Shown here in pieces: positions 13,750-26,740 of a DNA stretch of 64,000 nt. Position 1 is the stretch's first letter, and every line of letters begins with the position of its first letter. Location: NCBI RefSeq assembly GCF_036321535.1, contig NC_087436.1:90770001-90834000 (forward strand), written 5' to 3'. Source of the DNA: Camelus dromedarius. Its lineage: Eukaryota. The translations under genes were made by a program, and so were the position numbers. The notes beneath the pieces were generated by a model. That model searched no databases. It worked only from the letters and a program-made list of their open reading frames with translations, and was not told the origin of the DNA.

Positions 13750-14590
13750 GTCCTCAAATACACCAGGTTCGCCCTGTCTCAAGGCTTTTCATTTACTGTT
13801 TCCATTGCCTGGAATAATTTTCCCCCAGAGTTTCATAGCTCACCCTCTTGCTTCGTCCAAATGGTAACCCTCCTTAAGCCTTGTTTAATTTCACCTGCCC
13901 ATTGAAGATTCCCTAGACATCCTCCTTATAAAAGAAACAAATGCTCCCTATTTAACTTGTCCTGTCATACTTTCCTCCACCAATCTAATCATCATGTAAC
14001 ATACAGATTTCTCCCACGGTCTGAAAGTAGGAGCGTTCCTATGAAGCCTTTCCTAAGCCGAAATGGCAGAAAGTGAAGCAGCAATTTCCTTAGGACACAT
14101 CTTGCTAACAGATGCACAAAATCAGCTGAGATAAATCACAGATGCTCACAGACACAGTTCATAGCGATGGCAGCTTGACGCTGAGATGCTGACTGTAGTT
14201 CCCAGGAAGGAGCTTGGCAGTGCCACCCTCTCTGTTTGAGGTGTGTGCTGCCTCTATAAAAGCTCCATGCAAAACAAACGCCAGAGGCTATTTTCACTTT
14301 TCACCTGTTTTTGGAAAAATGAAAATCGTCTTCGGAATTCTTTCCGTTAGTGACAACAGGTGCACGCGTAGATTTTTTCTAAAAGTAAAGTGGTGTAAAG
14401 AAAACTTTCAAAAAGTGGAGGACACCTGTACTTTATAGTTTTATTATTTTATTTTCTACCTCCCCCACTAGAATGGGTTATCATGAGGGCTGGAATTTTT
14501 GTCTACTTTGTATTTTGCTGTATCCTTAGTACCTAGACCAACACCTGGCACATAGAAAGCACTCAGCAATACTATACAATGAATGAATGA
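13750..14590 (+). mobile_element. L2 (L2a-like) 3' region, interrupted by the Tigger-type element
   Basis: L2 motifs 'ccattgcctggaataattttccccc', 'ccccactagaatg...catgagggc' and 'cctggcacatag...aatgaatgaatga' are colinear on both sides of 14004-14428. Confidence 0.85.
14004..14428. mobile_element. Non-autonomous TcMar-Tigger-type DNA transposon (MITE), 425 bp
   Basis: TA|CAG...CTG|TA ends (TA at 14002-14003 and 14429-14430). Imperfect 25-bp TIRs: CAGATTTCTCCCACGGTCTGAAAGT versus reverse complement CAGGTGTCCTCCACTTTTTGAAAGT. Confidence 0.9.
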
Positions 14591-15225
14591 GGGTTGTCCC
14601 TTGAGAACCTGATCATTTCCAAATGTAGCAACTGCACCACTTGTCTAGATTTGTAAAGGCAAGGCCAGAACCAAAGCCCTGAACTGCAGAAATGACCTCA
14701 AATCATACCACTTTGTGAAGCACCTCTGAAATGTGAGCTGTCTTCCTTACATGAAATCTCTCAGTTTCTTAGCTTTATCAAGTCATATGATATTTATATG
14801 GTTTCTACACATTTAAATTGCTTTTAAAATGTTAGGATGTTGCTAGTCTTGATGAGTTAATAGTAAAAATATGGGTACTTTTCTCAATGCTTGTGAAAAT
14901 CTATTTCCACATTTGTAAAACATGGTAGAAGGTTTTTTCAAGCTCAAGTAGCAGACAAAAGTGCTTCAAAATTTTAAGAATGCATCACCTGTTATTGTTA
15001 TTTTAACACATTTATTGGAGAAGAATTTCATAAATCCTATTCAAATAGTTTTCTTACACTTAATCACCCATTCATTCCGTGAGTATTTATAGCACATCTG
15101 CTACATTTCAAAATATCCCAGGGAGGGAGGACTGAAAAAAATAGATGTTTCATGTCCTCTTGAGGTTTATACTTTATTGTGTATGTATGGGGAGTAGGGT
15201 GGCAGACAATGAGAAAAATATATAT

Positions 15226-15709
15226 TGTATGTTAGAGTCCACTATTGCTGCTATAACAAATTATCACAAACTTAACACAAGTTTATTATCCTATCGTTCT
15301 TTAGGCTAAAATTTCAACACAGACCTCACTGGGCTAAGATCAAGGTGTTGGCAGAGCTACATTCCTTTTTGGAAGCCCTTGGAGTAAGTTTTCTTGTCTT
15401 TCCTGTTTCTAGAAAATTCCCACATGGGCTCCTTCGTCCATCTCCATAGAAAACAACGTTGCGCCCCTGGGATCATCTTTCCATAGTCATATCTCCCTCC
15501 AACTACAGCGAGAAAAGGCTATCTCTGCTTTTAAGGCCCCACGGGATTAGACTGGGTTTACCCAGATAATACAAAATAATCTGCCCACCTCAAGCTCCTT
15601 AACTTAATCACATCTGTAAAGTATCTTTTTGCCATATAAGATACCATGTTCATAGGTTCTGAAGATTAGGATGTGGGCATCTCTGAGGGCCATTATTCTG
15701 CCTACCTCC
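15226..15709 (-). mobile_element. MaLR solo LTR (MLT1D/C-like), apparently nested in a minus-strand L2
   Basis: 'ctattgctgctataacaaattatcacaaactt', 'gggctaagatcaaggtgttggcag', 'ttaatcacatctgtaaag' and 'ggccattattctgcctac'. L2-like sequence lies at about 15065-15220 and 15715-15770. Confidence 0.88.
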
Positions 15710-16406
15710 CCTTATCAGAATGTGAAGTTATGAAGAAAAATAATGCGAGGTTGAAAGCAGACAGAGAGCAATGGGGCCACATTCCATTTCCTTAGGTCGC
15801 CTGGGAATATCTGAAATGCCAGACTCATATTTTTCACACAGATTTTAAATTTAACAGAAAATATGACATAACATTGATCAAACACGTAAAGTGTAGGCTA
15901 GTGCCATTCACCGCCTACAGCTCTCCCCATGGGGACCATATCACCATGGAACTCCAACACACTCACCCTCTCCAAGACATCACCACTTTTTCAGCACAAA
16001 GCAATCTCCTGCACACTTATAAAGCAATCTGCTGTAGGGGCTACCTGCCAGAAGAGCCAAGTCCCTTTGATCATTGCTGACTGTTTATTTGGATTTTCTT
16101 CAAACGAGAGCAACAAACCCTTTCCAAATCTGTGTGAGGGGTGGGTGAAACCCCAATTACTATTGCTACGTTTTTCTTCCTAGTGTCTTCCTTATTTACT
16201 CTCTTAATATGAATATCGTCCTGTGTCCTTGGTTTCTCCTCAGGATCCTTCATCCCTTTACCAAAGAACTGTCTAACTTTGCTCTCTAATATATTAAGCC
16301 TTTTTACACTATTAATAACAAGAGTCCTAGTAAATCACATATGACTGGCCCCCTTTAGAGAATTAGGAGGTATCACCAATGTAATTATCAAGACAGCTAA
16401 GGCTTC

Positions 16407-16778
16407 TTTTTTTTTTTTAACACTTTTATTATGGTGTGATTCCTGTACAGTAAACTACACATATTTCAGATGAATAACTTGATACATTTTCACAGATGTA
16501 TAAATCAGTGAAACCATGACCACAAGCAAGATAGCAAACATTTCCATCACTACCCTAGAGGTGTAAATTTTGAATTTTCAATTTATCCCTTTCTATCCTC
16601 TTTCCTCCTGGCAACCATAAGTTTGTTTCCTATCTCTGAGTGTTTTTGTTTTGTACAGAAGTTCATTTGTGTCATTTTTTTTTTAAGATTCCACATATAA
16701 GTGATATCATCTTTGTGGCTTACTTCACTTAGAATGACAATCTCCAGGTCCATCCATGTTGCTGCAAAAAAAAAAAAA
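16407..16778 (-). mobile_element. Composite L1 3' fragments (old L1MB/MC-like terminus plus younger cetartiodactyl-type 3' region)
   Basis: Poly-T at 16407-16418 is followed by 'gtgaaaccatgaccacaagcaagatagcaaacatttccatcac' (old L1 3' end). From about 16561, 'ggcaaccataagtttgtt...gattccacatataagtgatatcat...aggtccatccatgttgctgc' is young-L1-like. Confidence 0.75.
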
Positions 16779-17584
16779 GCTTAATTCTTTATGTACTTAC
16801 TTTTTTAATCAACAATGTAATACATTTTATATTTTTTTAAATTAAACGTTTTCCTTAAATAGAAGATACTGAAAATAATTACTCTTTCCTTGGATTAAGG
16901 ATATAATTGCAGCTATAAGTCGCTGAAGTATGCTGTAATAGTTTCTTTTTTCGCACTCTTTCCCATAGTTTAACCTACCTGCTAATCTATTTACTATCTA
17001 CCTAACTTTCATAATCTCTGATTTTTAATTTGCTATCATCTGAATAAATACATAACCAAGTGTATCAAAATAGTTTTAAAATCCCAAAGCAATAAACAAA
17101 CAAAAAAATGGCCTGAGAGATTTCATACAAATACAGTATGTGACCTCGGATGTACCTAGCTCTCCACTGTGAAAAGTGGAGTTTTATTATTTCATATTAT
17201 TTCTATGGTTAAAATTTCAGCCTCTACATTTACTCCATTGCAACATTAACCTGAACTGATTATTTTCTTACTGCGTTGTGAGCTATGTGAATAAATGAAC
17301 TCTCCTATACCGCTACTTTTGTAAAAACACAGAGGGATGCAAAAATAGTCTCTGCCCAGAAAAAAAAGGAAGCGCTCTCTACTTAAAAGAGGAGTTAATT
17401 GGCCATTGGGTGGAGGGACTGAGGGACCTGGGGAAGAACTGAAAAGACTAATGAAATGGAGAGGCCAATATGGAAAAACTGAAATTTAGCTAGTCCTAAA
17501 TTCTAAATGTTTGGATTATTTCCCTAAATTGTTTCACCATTAAGATAAATTGTAGAAATCATTGTAATTTGGAAGTTAAAAGAA

Positions 17585-17835
17585 AATGGTGTTGTTTTTC
17601 TTTCTTTTTAGAATATATTTGAGCCTAACTGATTACCAGTCTAAACCAAGTAAATATAGTCATAGGTTAACATACTTGAACCTCAAATCAAAAATACACA
17701 ATAGAGTCACAAAAAGACAAAAAGAAAAGAACTCAAGCATACTGCAAAAGAAAATCATTAAACCACAAAAAGGAAAAATAAGAAAGGAACAAGGAAGGAA
17801 GTTTAAAAAAAATTCAGACACAGAAAAATGGCAAG
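17585..17835 (+). mobile_element. L1 inter-ORF spacer fragment
   Basis: 'aagtaaatatagtcataggttaacatac...caagcatactgcaaaagaaaatcattaaaccacaa...aaaatggcaag' resembles the L1 ORF1-ORF2 spacer. It explains ORF 17586-17858. Confidence 0.7.
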
Positions 17836-17984
17836 TGACACTTGAAATTTCCTCCTAGACTTTGTAGTACACGTGTGCCAAACTGGCAACATGACTGGGA
17901 GGCACTAAGTGAGCTGTGGGGTGCTGAAGTTCTGTAAACTTCTCAAAGTCTTGGTGCTCACATACCCCAGCCAGTCCACCACAT

Positions 17985-18278
17985 ATCCCCTCTGTCTGGA
18001 ATGCTTCTTACCTCCTTTACCTTAGTGACCAGCATAATTCCCACTGATTTTTCAGATGTTCGTGTGAATTTATTTACTCTAAGAAACTTCACTGATCCAC
18101 CACCCTGCTCTTATCACATAACAAGATTGCCTGGCTACTTGTCCTTATTCCCTTCTAGAATGTAGGCTCCATGAAGGCAGGCACGGTATTATTTCTATAC
18201 TGTTACAGTACCAATAAGCAGTCACTCAGCAACTGGCATTCATTAAATTCTCAATACAGAGCTTTTGATGAAATGAAC
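17985..18278 (+). mobile_element. L2 LINE 3' region
   Basis: 'ccctctgtctggaatgct' and 'ctagaatgtaggctccatgaaggcagg'. Confidence 0.75.
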
Positions 18279-18536
18279 AGTGTGATAAGTGTCTATTCTC
18301 CTACTCAAAATTGGACTTGGCCTTAAGATGTACTGCAGACCTGTGAGCAAGGAAAGATTTGTTGAAAGCTGTGGTACCTGTTGTGAGGAGGTCGTCTCTT
18401 TGACCATGTGTTTCTCAGATTTTCATTTCTATCATGACCTTTTACTATGTCAAGAAAAACTATAAAAGACTAAAATGAGTGACACGTGTGCCTCTTATCT
18501 TTGAGCTATTTTTAAACTGTTAAGATATAGAAAGCT

Positions 18537-18874
18537 TACATGTGGAATCTAATTCAAATTCAAATTTTACTTACAAACCAGAAATAGACTCAAGGATGTT
18601 AAAAACAAACTATGGTCACCAAAGGGGAAGTGGGGGAGGGATAAATTAGGAGTTTGGGATTTACAGATATACGTTACTATATATAAAATAGATAACTAAC
18701 AAGGACCTACTACTCTACAGCACAGGGAACTATATTCAATGTCTTGTTATAACCAATAATGAAAAATAACATGAGAAAGAATATATATGTACGTATATGT
18801 ATAAATAAATCACTTTGCTGTACACCTGAAGCTAACACTGTAAATCAACTATACTTCAATAAATAAAATTTAAA
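18537..18874 (+). mobile_element. 5'-truncated L1 (3' UTR only, cetartiodactyl type) with perfect 15-bp TSD
   Basis: TSD aagatatagaaagct at 18522-18536 and 18875-18889, with a TT/AAGA endonuclease-type site. Contains 'gggataaattaggagtttgggatt' and 'cacagggaactatattcaa', then AATAAA and an A-rich tail. Confidence 0.93.
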
Positions 18875-19924
18875 AAGATATAGAAAGCTGATAGTCATAC
18901 AAGTGAATTTGCCCAGTGGTTGCAATTGATTATTTCCCTATATATATGGACCAGTTTTGCATCTATTTGTAAACACATTCAACATTCTTGATTGCCTACA
19001 TATGTGTGTATTCTTTAAATTTTCCTCTGAACTTACTCTCTAATGAACTTGACATCAGTGTGCCTTTCATTTGTATGAGATTTATGATTGTATGATTCTA
19101 TTCTTTAAAAAAAGTACTTCCTTTCCCCCAATGATTTATAATACACATTTCATGATTGGAAACTTTTTGCATAACACTGCAGTAAATATTTTTTTAATTA
19201 TTCTTTAACACCTGTAAAGAAATTAAGTTTTTAACCTCTTTAAATCTGTCCTACCTGAACTAAATGAAAGGGCAAAAATATAAAAATATTTTAAAACACC
19301 TTTCTCTTATTATCTCATAATACTGGTACCAAAAAAAGTACATGAGGCTGACAAAACAAACCTCTCTCATCATTCTCAGCTTGTTCCTCATAACAATGAT
19401 AAAATCACTTTCTCTGGCAACAGGAGCCCAGGCACACATTTTTTTAATGACAAAATGCTATTTAATCTTTTATTTTTAGAAGGAACATTAATAATGCAGT
19501 TTCATAAAAATAAATGAAGGTGAAGATGTTTGCCAACGTCAATTTACAACTTTCTTCTGTTTAATTAATATTATTGCATGTTTTAATTTGAAGTGTGTTT
19601 TGCTCATCATGATGAAATGTTTAATTTATATGGAACTTCATTCAAAAGAGTACCTCTGGAGAAGCTACAATTTATTCTCGGCTATGTGTATATATTTTGA
19701 ATAAAGTATTCAATTCACAAAGGACTTTGTTGCAAGCATCATTCACAATTAAGTTGAGCTCAAAATGATCCAGGCCTCTTCTAAATAATTTACTTAAGAT
19801 ACAATTGACAGGAAACACAAATGGGATTACCCCCAGCCTCTGACTGATTCCCAATTCCTGTTAATTAATTTTGTGTTCCTATATGAGTTGAATCCACTGT
19901 TCTACTGATTTTAACTGGCAACAT

Positions 19925-20480
19925 CCTTACTCAAGGTCCTTGTCATCCTTGCTCAGATCACAGCAGTCATCTCCCACCTGGTCCCCTCAGTGTTTTTTTC
20001 CATCAGCCTTTGCAGCATAGCCAGAGTGGTTTCTTCATTTAAGTCAGCAGTTTCTATGTTCTCTTGTAATTCCTGATTTTTTGTTAACCTTTAGAAGCAC
20101 AAATCTGGCAATATTAATACCCTACTTGAATGTTCACATACTCCTTCTGTCACTTCCCCCAACTCACTGTGCATCCCATGTACTCCACCTGCATGGTCCA
20201 CACGCAGGGCACCCAGGCTTTCTCTAACTCTGTGTTCACTCTGTAACATCCCATATTCCTTCCTGTTCTAAGTCCTACTCAGTCACTTCTCGGTGAAATT
20301 TCCCATGATAACTGCCTGGTATAGATCCATTCTTCTGACCTTCCAAAGAACTGCATCTACATGTGGTCCCTTACTATCCCACAGACTCTGGGGATGGAGA
20401 GGTTGTTTATTCATAATATTCTGACCCATCTGACTGGATATGACTAGAAAATAACAACTCAAAAATCCTATTGAATGTAC
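19925..20480 (+). mobile_element. Decayed L2 fragments
   Basis: 'gcagcatagccagagtggtttctt' and 'cacaaatctggcaatattaataccctacttgaa' resemble L2. Confidence 0.55.
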
Positions 20481-21349
20481 TTTTAGTAAATGTGAGCTTA
20501 TTTTATTTTTTTACAGTGAAATTAGTCTCCAATTGTGGTTATCCATACACAAGAACACTGAGTAACTATTTTTAGGGTTTTTTGGAAAAGGACACAAATA
20601 TAGGAGACGATGATATTTATTCTTTTAAACATTTTATTATCCCCAGGAAAATATTTGGGGAAAATTCTGTCAAATTACTAAAATTCTGTAATACTCAAGA
20701 AGCACCTAATTCCCTTAAAATTTACTGAGACCTCACCATCTATAGATATTCAGGATACAAAGGTCACTAAGATACCCACCTGCCAGTCAGTTGTTTTTCC
20801 AACATATTAAACTGAATAGCATGAAGCTGCCATTATAGTAAATTTAAAATACTTGAGGGTTGACAATTTCATATGGGTCAAACTGATGTGGAAAATAGGT
20901 ATAGAACTTAAAACATCACAAGTAAAATGTCTCACATCCTTAAATAGAATAATATGTGAACTAAGAAAAACAAAAGAGGAAGAAAAAGCCATGCTAACTG
21001 GGGGCTGGAATTCAGAAAAGCCACAAATAAGCAGCACTTGAGTTAGACTGGGAAGTATTAGTGCAATCTCAACAGACAAAAATGGAGGAAAAGGTGTTGC
21101 AATAAGAGATCACATCAGAACTTTCTTTAAAAAGGAAATTGGCAAGTTTCACTAAAGCTATTTTGGACGAAACACATTGAAAAATATTTAAATTAGCTCA
21201 ACTAAAAAAGGCTGTATCATCTACCATAGACCCTCAACCCTCACAAAAATCCAAAGACAAGAAACAAAGTATATCTGGGTCTCATGAGAACTGGAACTAG
21301 AAACTGGAATAGAGGCTTCTCTCACCGTAGCTTGGGTATCAACTGTACC

Positions 21350-21557
21350 ACTGTAACCAGCCTTCCTGGGTTCAGATTCCAGCTTACCTACCCCATATCT
21401 GTGTGACCTGAGGTAAGTCATTTACTTTCTTTCTGCCTCAGTTTCCTCATCATAAAAACAGGGAAATAGAGTTGTGAGTATTAAATGTGAACACACGCAA
21501 AGTATGTAGATAGTACCAGGCATATAGTAAGTGCTACATAAGGATTTACTAATATTA
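21350..21557 (+). mobile_element. MIR SINE
   Basis: 'ctgggttcagattccagct', 'ctgtgtgacctgaggtaagtca', 'tgcctcagtttcctcatc' and 'ggcatatagtaagtgct'. Confidence 0.9.
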
Positions 21558-22071
21558 TCCTTTTTGACTACTCCATTTTGCTTTTATTCCCCTCCTCTTA
21601 CTTGATTCTAGCAATTCAACTTCCTTGTTACTCAACATGGAAGCCTCCTCACTTCTCTTTACAGCATGAAACCGCTTTCTGTCAAAATAATGTATTGGCC
21701 TGTGTTGCGTCCTAAATAAATAACAGGTTCTAGTAGCCATGGATAGGAAAATGAATGATATCCTAGGAAATGAAGAGCTTGAATAGTTTTGAGTATGTCA
21801 GAGGATGTAACACAACTTAACAGAAATAGGCATATTTTAATCTGATAAAAGCATTGAAGATGATTCCAACTTTGTACTAGTTCAGTGTGGCTTATAACAT
21901 GTGTAAAGATGAGTAGGCAAATTAATGCCCAATTCTGAGGGTGATGACTATTCTGCTAAGAGTTTAGCCTTCATTCCATGGGTAATGGGGAAGCACCAAA
22001 GGCTTTAAGGAAGACAGTGTGTTTTAAGAAGATGATTTGAAAGCAATGCAGAGATAGAAGTAAATGGTGCA

Positions 22072-22635
22072 CCCAATGCTCAAAGCAGCACCATATACAA
22101 TAGCCAAGACATGGAAGCAACCTAAATGTCCATCAACAGATGACTGGATAAAGAAGCTGTGGTATATTTATACAATGGAGAATAAAATAATGCCATTTGC
22201 AGCAACGTGGATGAACCTAGAGATTGTCATTCTAAGTGAAGTAAACCAGAAATAAAAATACCATATATCACTCATATGTGGAATCTAAAAAAAATGAAAA
22301 GAAAAAAATAAAAAGGGACACTATGAACTCATCTACAAAACAGAAACAGATTCTCATACATAGTTAACAATCTTATGGTTACTGGGGAAAGGGGGTGGGA
22401 AGGGATAAATACGGGAGTTTGAGATTTACAAATATTAGTCACTATATATAAAAACAGATTTTTAAAAAAGTTTTTTCTGTGTAGCACATGTAACTATGTC
22501 TAATATCTTATGATAACCTTTAATGAAAAAGAATATGAAAATGAATATATGTGTGTATGTGCATGACGGGGACACTGTGCTCTACACCAGAAATTGGCAC
22601 ATTGTAACTGACTGTACTTCAGTAAAAAAAAAAAA
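22072..22635 (+). mobile_element. 5'-truncated young L1 (ORF2 end, 3' UTR, polyA) inserted in a minus-strand L2
   Basis: The ORF track shows '[28 protein letters not shown]' (L1 ORF2p C-terminus). PolyA from about 22624. TSD aagta(a/c)atggtgca at 22058-22071 and 22636-22649. Confidence 0.93.
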
Positions 22636-23739
22636 AAGTACATGGTGCAGAGATAGAAGGATGTAAGGGGCAAAAACACAGGCTATAAATCTAGTATGTG
22701 GTTTGACCAATACAGACTGCACAGAGAAGTCACCAATCACGTGGGAAACTGAGTTCTGTCACTCTGCTTCTGTGTGAACCATGGGTTACCGATGGATGTG
22801 TCTCAAAGACAGTCCTCGTTTCTAAAAGGTTTATGACAACGTGTCCACTCTACCAGAATTGCTATAAAGATAAAATTGGAAATATATATATATATACACA
22901 TACGCACACACATATATCCATATATATGAATTCTGAAGATACTAAAGTATAAGATTGAAAGGCACTTATTAATATTTAGTACCTAAAACTGACTTTCCAA
23001 TAACGTCAACTTCCAAGGACAGTGTTTGTTCTGTAATGTATTCAAAAATAGTAGCAGCCCAACCACCATTTATATTTCCACACTTAAAACCTAGATCCAG
23101 AAGATTTACAGCACAAGTGCTAGCTGAAGACAAATCTTCCCACTTCTCAGGAGAACTTACCACTTTCTCTCTTCCATCATTGTAGTGGTACATTTAGATT
23201 TTCAAGATAGATGATTGAAATTGGCAGTGTGAAAAACAAATTTTTGCAAAAAGAGTTCTGATTCAGCTGCAATGATTGCCAAATAAATTAGTTTATAACT
23301 CTTCAGAGTTCAGCCTTTGATAAACCCAAATGTGCCCTGTTACACATAAGATTTCTTCTGCTTCTGGGACTCTTTAAACTCGTCAAATATGACTCATTTT
23401 AAAGCCATTTTAAGAACTTTAAATAAACATTAAAGGAACAAAACTAATTCACTTCACTAATTCTATTACCGAGTTTCAATGTCATCAATCATTCATTCCA
23501 TTCTTCTGTATTTTCTTGAAGACAGTACCTCCACAATGAGTAAGCTTCTGTTTCTAATTTCTTTTCCTCCTAGGTCAACAACATTCTAAAATAATTTGCT
23601 CTAGAAAAATATGAGCATATTAAAAACATTTCCTAATATTAGCTTTTTAAAAAATTAAGTCAATATCAGTATGCATTGCTTGAATACTTCAGAAGTCTAG
23701 CTGGTTTGAAAATACTACAAGAGTAATTTGTTGTTTTAG

Positions 23740-24141
23740 AGCAGATAATTTAATGGGTGGAGAACCCACACCCTAGCTGCTTTGATTGTTGGATGCTAAT
23801 GAAATAGAGCTGTTCACTTCTCTAGAGATTGCCCCCAGAGCATCCTCAGCATGGGGATTATGCCTTATTTCCACTCCCAAGATGACTTACAGCCAATGAC
23901 TGAGTGATACAAGTTACAAATGGGTGACCATCTTGTCTCAAGGGGCATTTTATGCTTCAGAAACATTCCTGTTGGATTAAGCCAAGGTTCCACTCTACAT
24001 GAGACAACATCTTATCTTCCACTCGCCTATCTTGCTTAACTTCTTTCCTTACAGACCTTCCCTGAAGAGCACAGCCTCAGTAAAGCTGATGCACCAAATC
24101 CCTGTCTCAAGCTCTGCTTTGAGGGAACTCAACTCAAGACT
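23740..24141 (+). mobile_element. ERVL solo LTR (LTR16-like)
   Basis: 'cagccaatgactgagtgat', 'cttgtctcaagg' and terminus 'ctgtctcaagctctgctttgagggaactcaactcaagac' resemble recalled LTR16. Confidence 0.75.
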
Positions 24142-24934
24142 CCTCACTCACAGGATACCTAAATGATATCCCCTGACATGTAAAATAGATATGAAATATG
24201 AGAACATACACATATATCATTTGAAATATTCTTGAAACTCATAAAACTGTTAAAATTCAATAATTATGGAACAACAGCTATGTAAATGACACAGCACTTA
24301 GAAGTAAAATCTCCATTAGTAAATTAATAATGCCTATTGTTCTTACTCTGATCCTAGAAATGTCTTATCATTTTTCCATAGGGTGAATTTTTTAAAAAGT
24401 AATCTCAGTGTTCAACTTACACAGAAATAGTAAGCTAGAACAAGTACACATTTATTGATCATGGCCTCCCTGAGAGATCTCAACTTTATCATAATGCAGG
24501 TGATCTTAATAGATTAGTAGTACTTTTCACCACACAGTCATAGTATTGTTCCGAGTTCAAATTAAATTTAAACATTTTACTGCAATGATTCCACACATCT
24601 CAAGGTCCGGAGAATGGTGTAGTGAAACTTAAAAAGTTATGTATTTTTTTTACCAAGTCAGTTATTATTGTTCCCCCTAATCCTGAATATTTGATAAGTT
24701 GAAAATCCATGGCCTCCAAGCACTAACTCATAAATCATTCTTGTCTAGTGTTTTGAAATTTCAAATCAATAAAAAAAAGTTTTCTATAATATGTTTCCTT
24801 CTCTTTTGAAAAATGCCAGTGACCCTTGATTTTAAAAAGGAGGGTTTTGGTCTTGCATGAAACAGTTACATAGTTTCTGTTCTGAGTTTACAGGAAATAT
24901 AATTTTCCAAAACTATGGATAATTAAGACCTACT

Positions 24935-25160
24935 AGTGACCTAGCCAGTGTTCTAAGTGCTTTTAAATATATGAATGCATTTAACTGTCACAAAAATCCC
25001 ATTAAAATTCACTATTATTATCATGTTATATATCATGTGTATATACCGTGTATATACAGAAAACAGAGGCAAAGAGATCTTAAGTAACTTGCTGAAGGTA
25101 AGACAGATAGAATTCAGCCTGCCTGGCTCTAGTGTCTATATCTTTACCATTTACTCAGCA
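24935..25160 (-). mobile_element. MIR SINE
   Basis: 'cagtgttctaagtgcttt' and 'aacagaggcaaagagatcttaagtaacttgctgaaggt'. Confidence 0.8.
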
Positions 25161-25469
25161 CAATGTTTCAATTACCACAAAGGAAAAATTAGTTATGATA
25201 AGAAATATACCCAAACAGTATCACTAAAAGGCAGCATTTTCTATAACTGAATGTAAAAAGTACAGGATAAGAAGGGTGGCTTAAGAGCTACATTTATGCC
25301 CAAAACTTAGAAATGTTGGCTTTAATTCCATAGCATAATATGTTGGTCTGAACTTACATTTGTGGAATGCAAATAAATTATTATTATTATAAGCTTTAAT
25401 AATTTTATTAAATCTTGACTAAAAATAAATTTGAACAAGAAGCCACAAGTCTCAAATTCTAAATGAGAA

Positions 25470-25717
25470 TTCTCTTTCCTGAAAGTCATTTGTTTTCCCA
25501 TAATGGCCCTTCTTCCTTCCCTCTACCCTATTAAGATGCTGATATAAAGCCTCAAATCCTAACGTCTTCCTTGAGTCACATTTTTATGTGAACTCTTAAC
25601 ATCCATTTGAATTTTTAAAAATCCATCTTTTCTTGTGACAATTTGTCTTTTGTCAGTTTGATTCACAGACCTTCAATAGAAGAACCTAAGTAAGTAGAGA
25701 AAAAGTTTTTTATCACA
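25470..25717 (+). mobile_element. ERV1 LTR 3' part (MER34/MER39-like)
   Basis: 'tttgtcttttgtcagtttgattcacag...gaacctaagtaagtagagaaaaagtttttt' resembles recalled MER34-group termini. Confidence 0.55.
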
Positions 25718-25719
25718 GG

Positions 25720-26740
25720 CCAAAGCAAAATAAGGATATTTAATGACAAACAAAAGAGAATTTGTCCTTAGACAACCAGATTAAAGACAGTTCTTCAGAC
25801 AGAGGGAAAATAAGATCAGATTGATGCAAGGTAAGGAAGTAAAACACAAAGCAATGGAGACATTAACCATGTGGGTAAATCTAAAAGAATAGTGAATGTT
25901 TACAACTATTTTAATAATGAATTCTAAAATTCACAAACACTGTAATCACAAAACAGATAATAACAGCACTCAAGGCAAAAGAAAAAAAAGGAATTAGTGT
26001 TCTTCTACTGTCCAAGAACTGGTGAAAGAACCAATTCATATAAGATATTAACACTAACATTCATGTTGCATTATCTAGGCAACCACTAAATGCATCTAAA
26101 ATAATGTATAACCAATAAGCTATAGGGGAAAAAACTGAATAACAAAAAATATTAAACTCAAAAGAAGGAAAAAGGAAGAAGAAAAAGAAAAGGAAACATG
26201 TAAAATGTGGAACAAATACAATACAAATAATAAGGATAAGTTTTAAACTAAATATATCAGAAATACATGAAAAGCAAAGAGAAGAATATAATTATTGTCA
26301 ATTAGGTTTTTTTTTAAGTATGCACTGCTTATAAGTGACAATTTCAACATAAGGCCGCACAAAGGTTGAAAGTAATTTTTCAGAAAAGATGAACAAAAAA
26401 AGTCAAAGACAACTAATGAACCTTTATTAATACAATAAAAAGTTAGCTTTAAGAAGCAAAATTGGAGATAGAGACAAACACTTCAAATTATAATATAAAT
26501 GAACCAGAGAGATATACATTCAGAATTTTGAGAGTCTATATTTGTATATTCCTAGCAATACGGCTTACAACCAACCATAGAAGATACAAAGCTACAGAAA
26601 ATTTTAACAATGTGATCACAAACCTGATCTAATTGGCACATATATAACACTATGTCCACCAATTGAGGAATAAACATTAATTTCAGGTAAATAAGGAACA
26701 TACACACAAAAAAAGGACAAGATGTACAGTCACAATAAAA
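25720..26740 (+). mobile_element. Old L1 remnant (ORF1 end, spacer, ORF2 endonuclease start)
   Basis: A-rich. 'ctgatctaattggcacatatataacactatgtccacc...ggaacatacacac' is a decayed DLIDIYRTLHP...GTF motif of the L1 endonuclease domain. Confidence 0.7.

Noticed and set aside
22969..23193. Protein-looking 74-aa minus ORF with an internal GTAAGT donor near 23160
   Set aside because: No recognisable family and no convincing acceptor; the upstream frames I checked contain stops.
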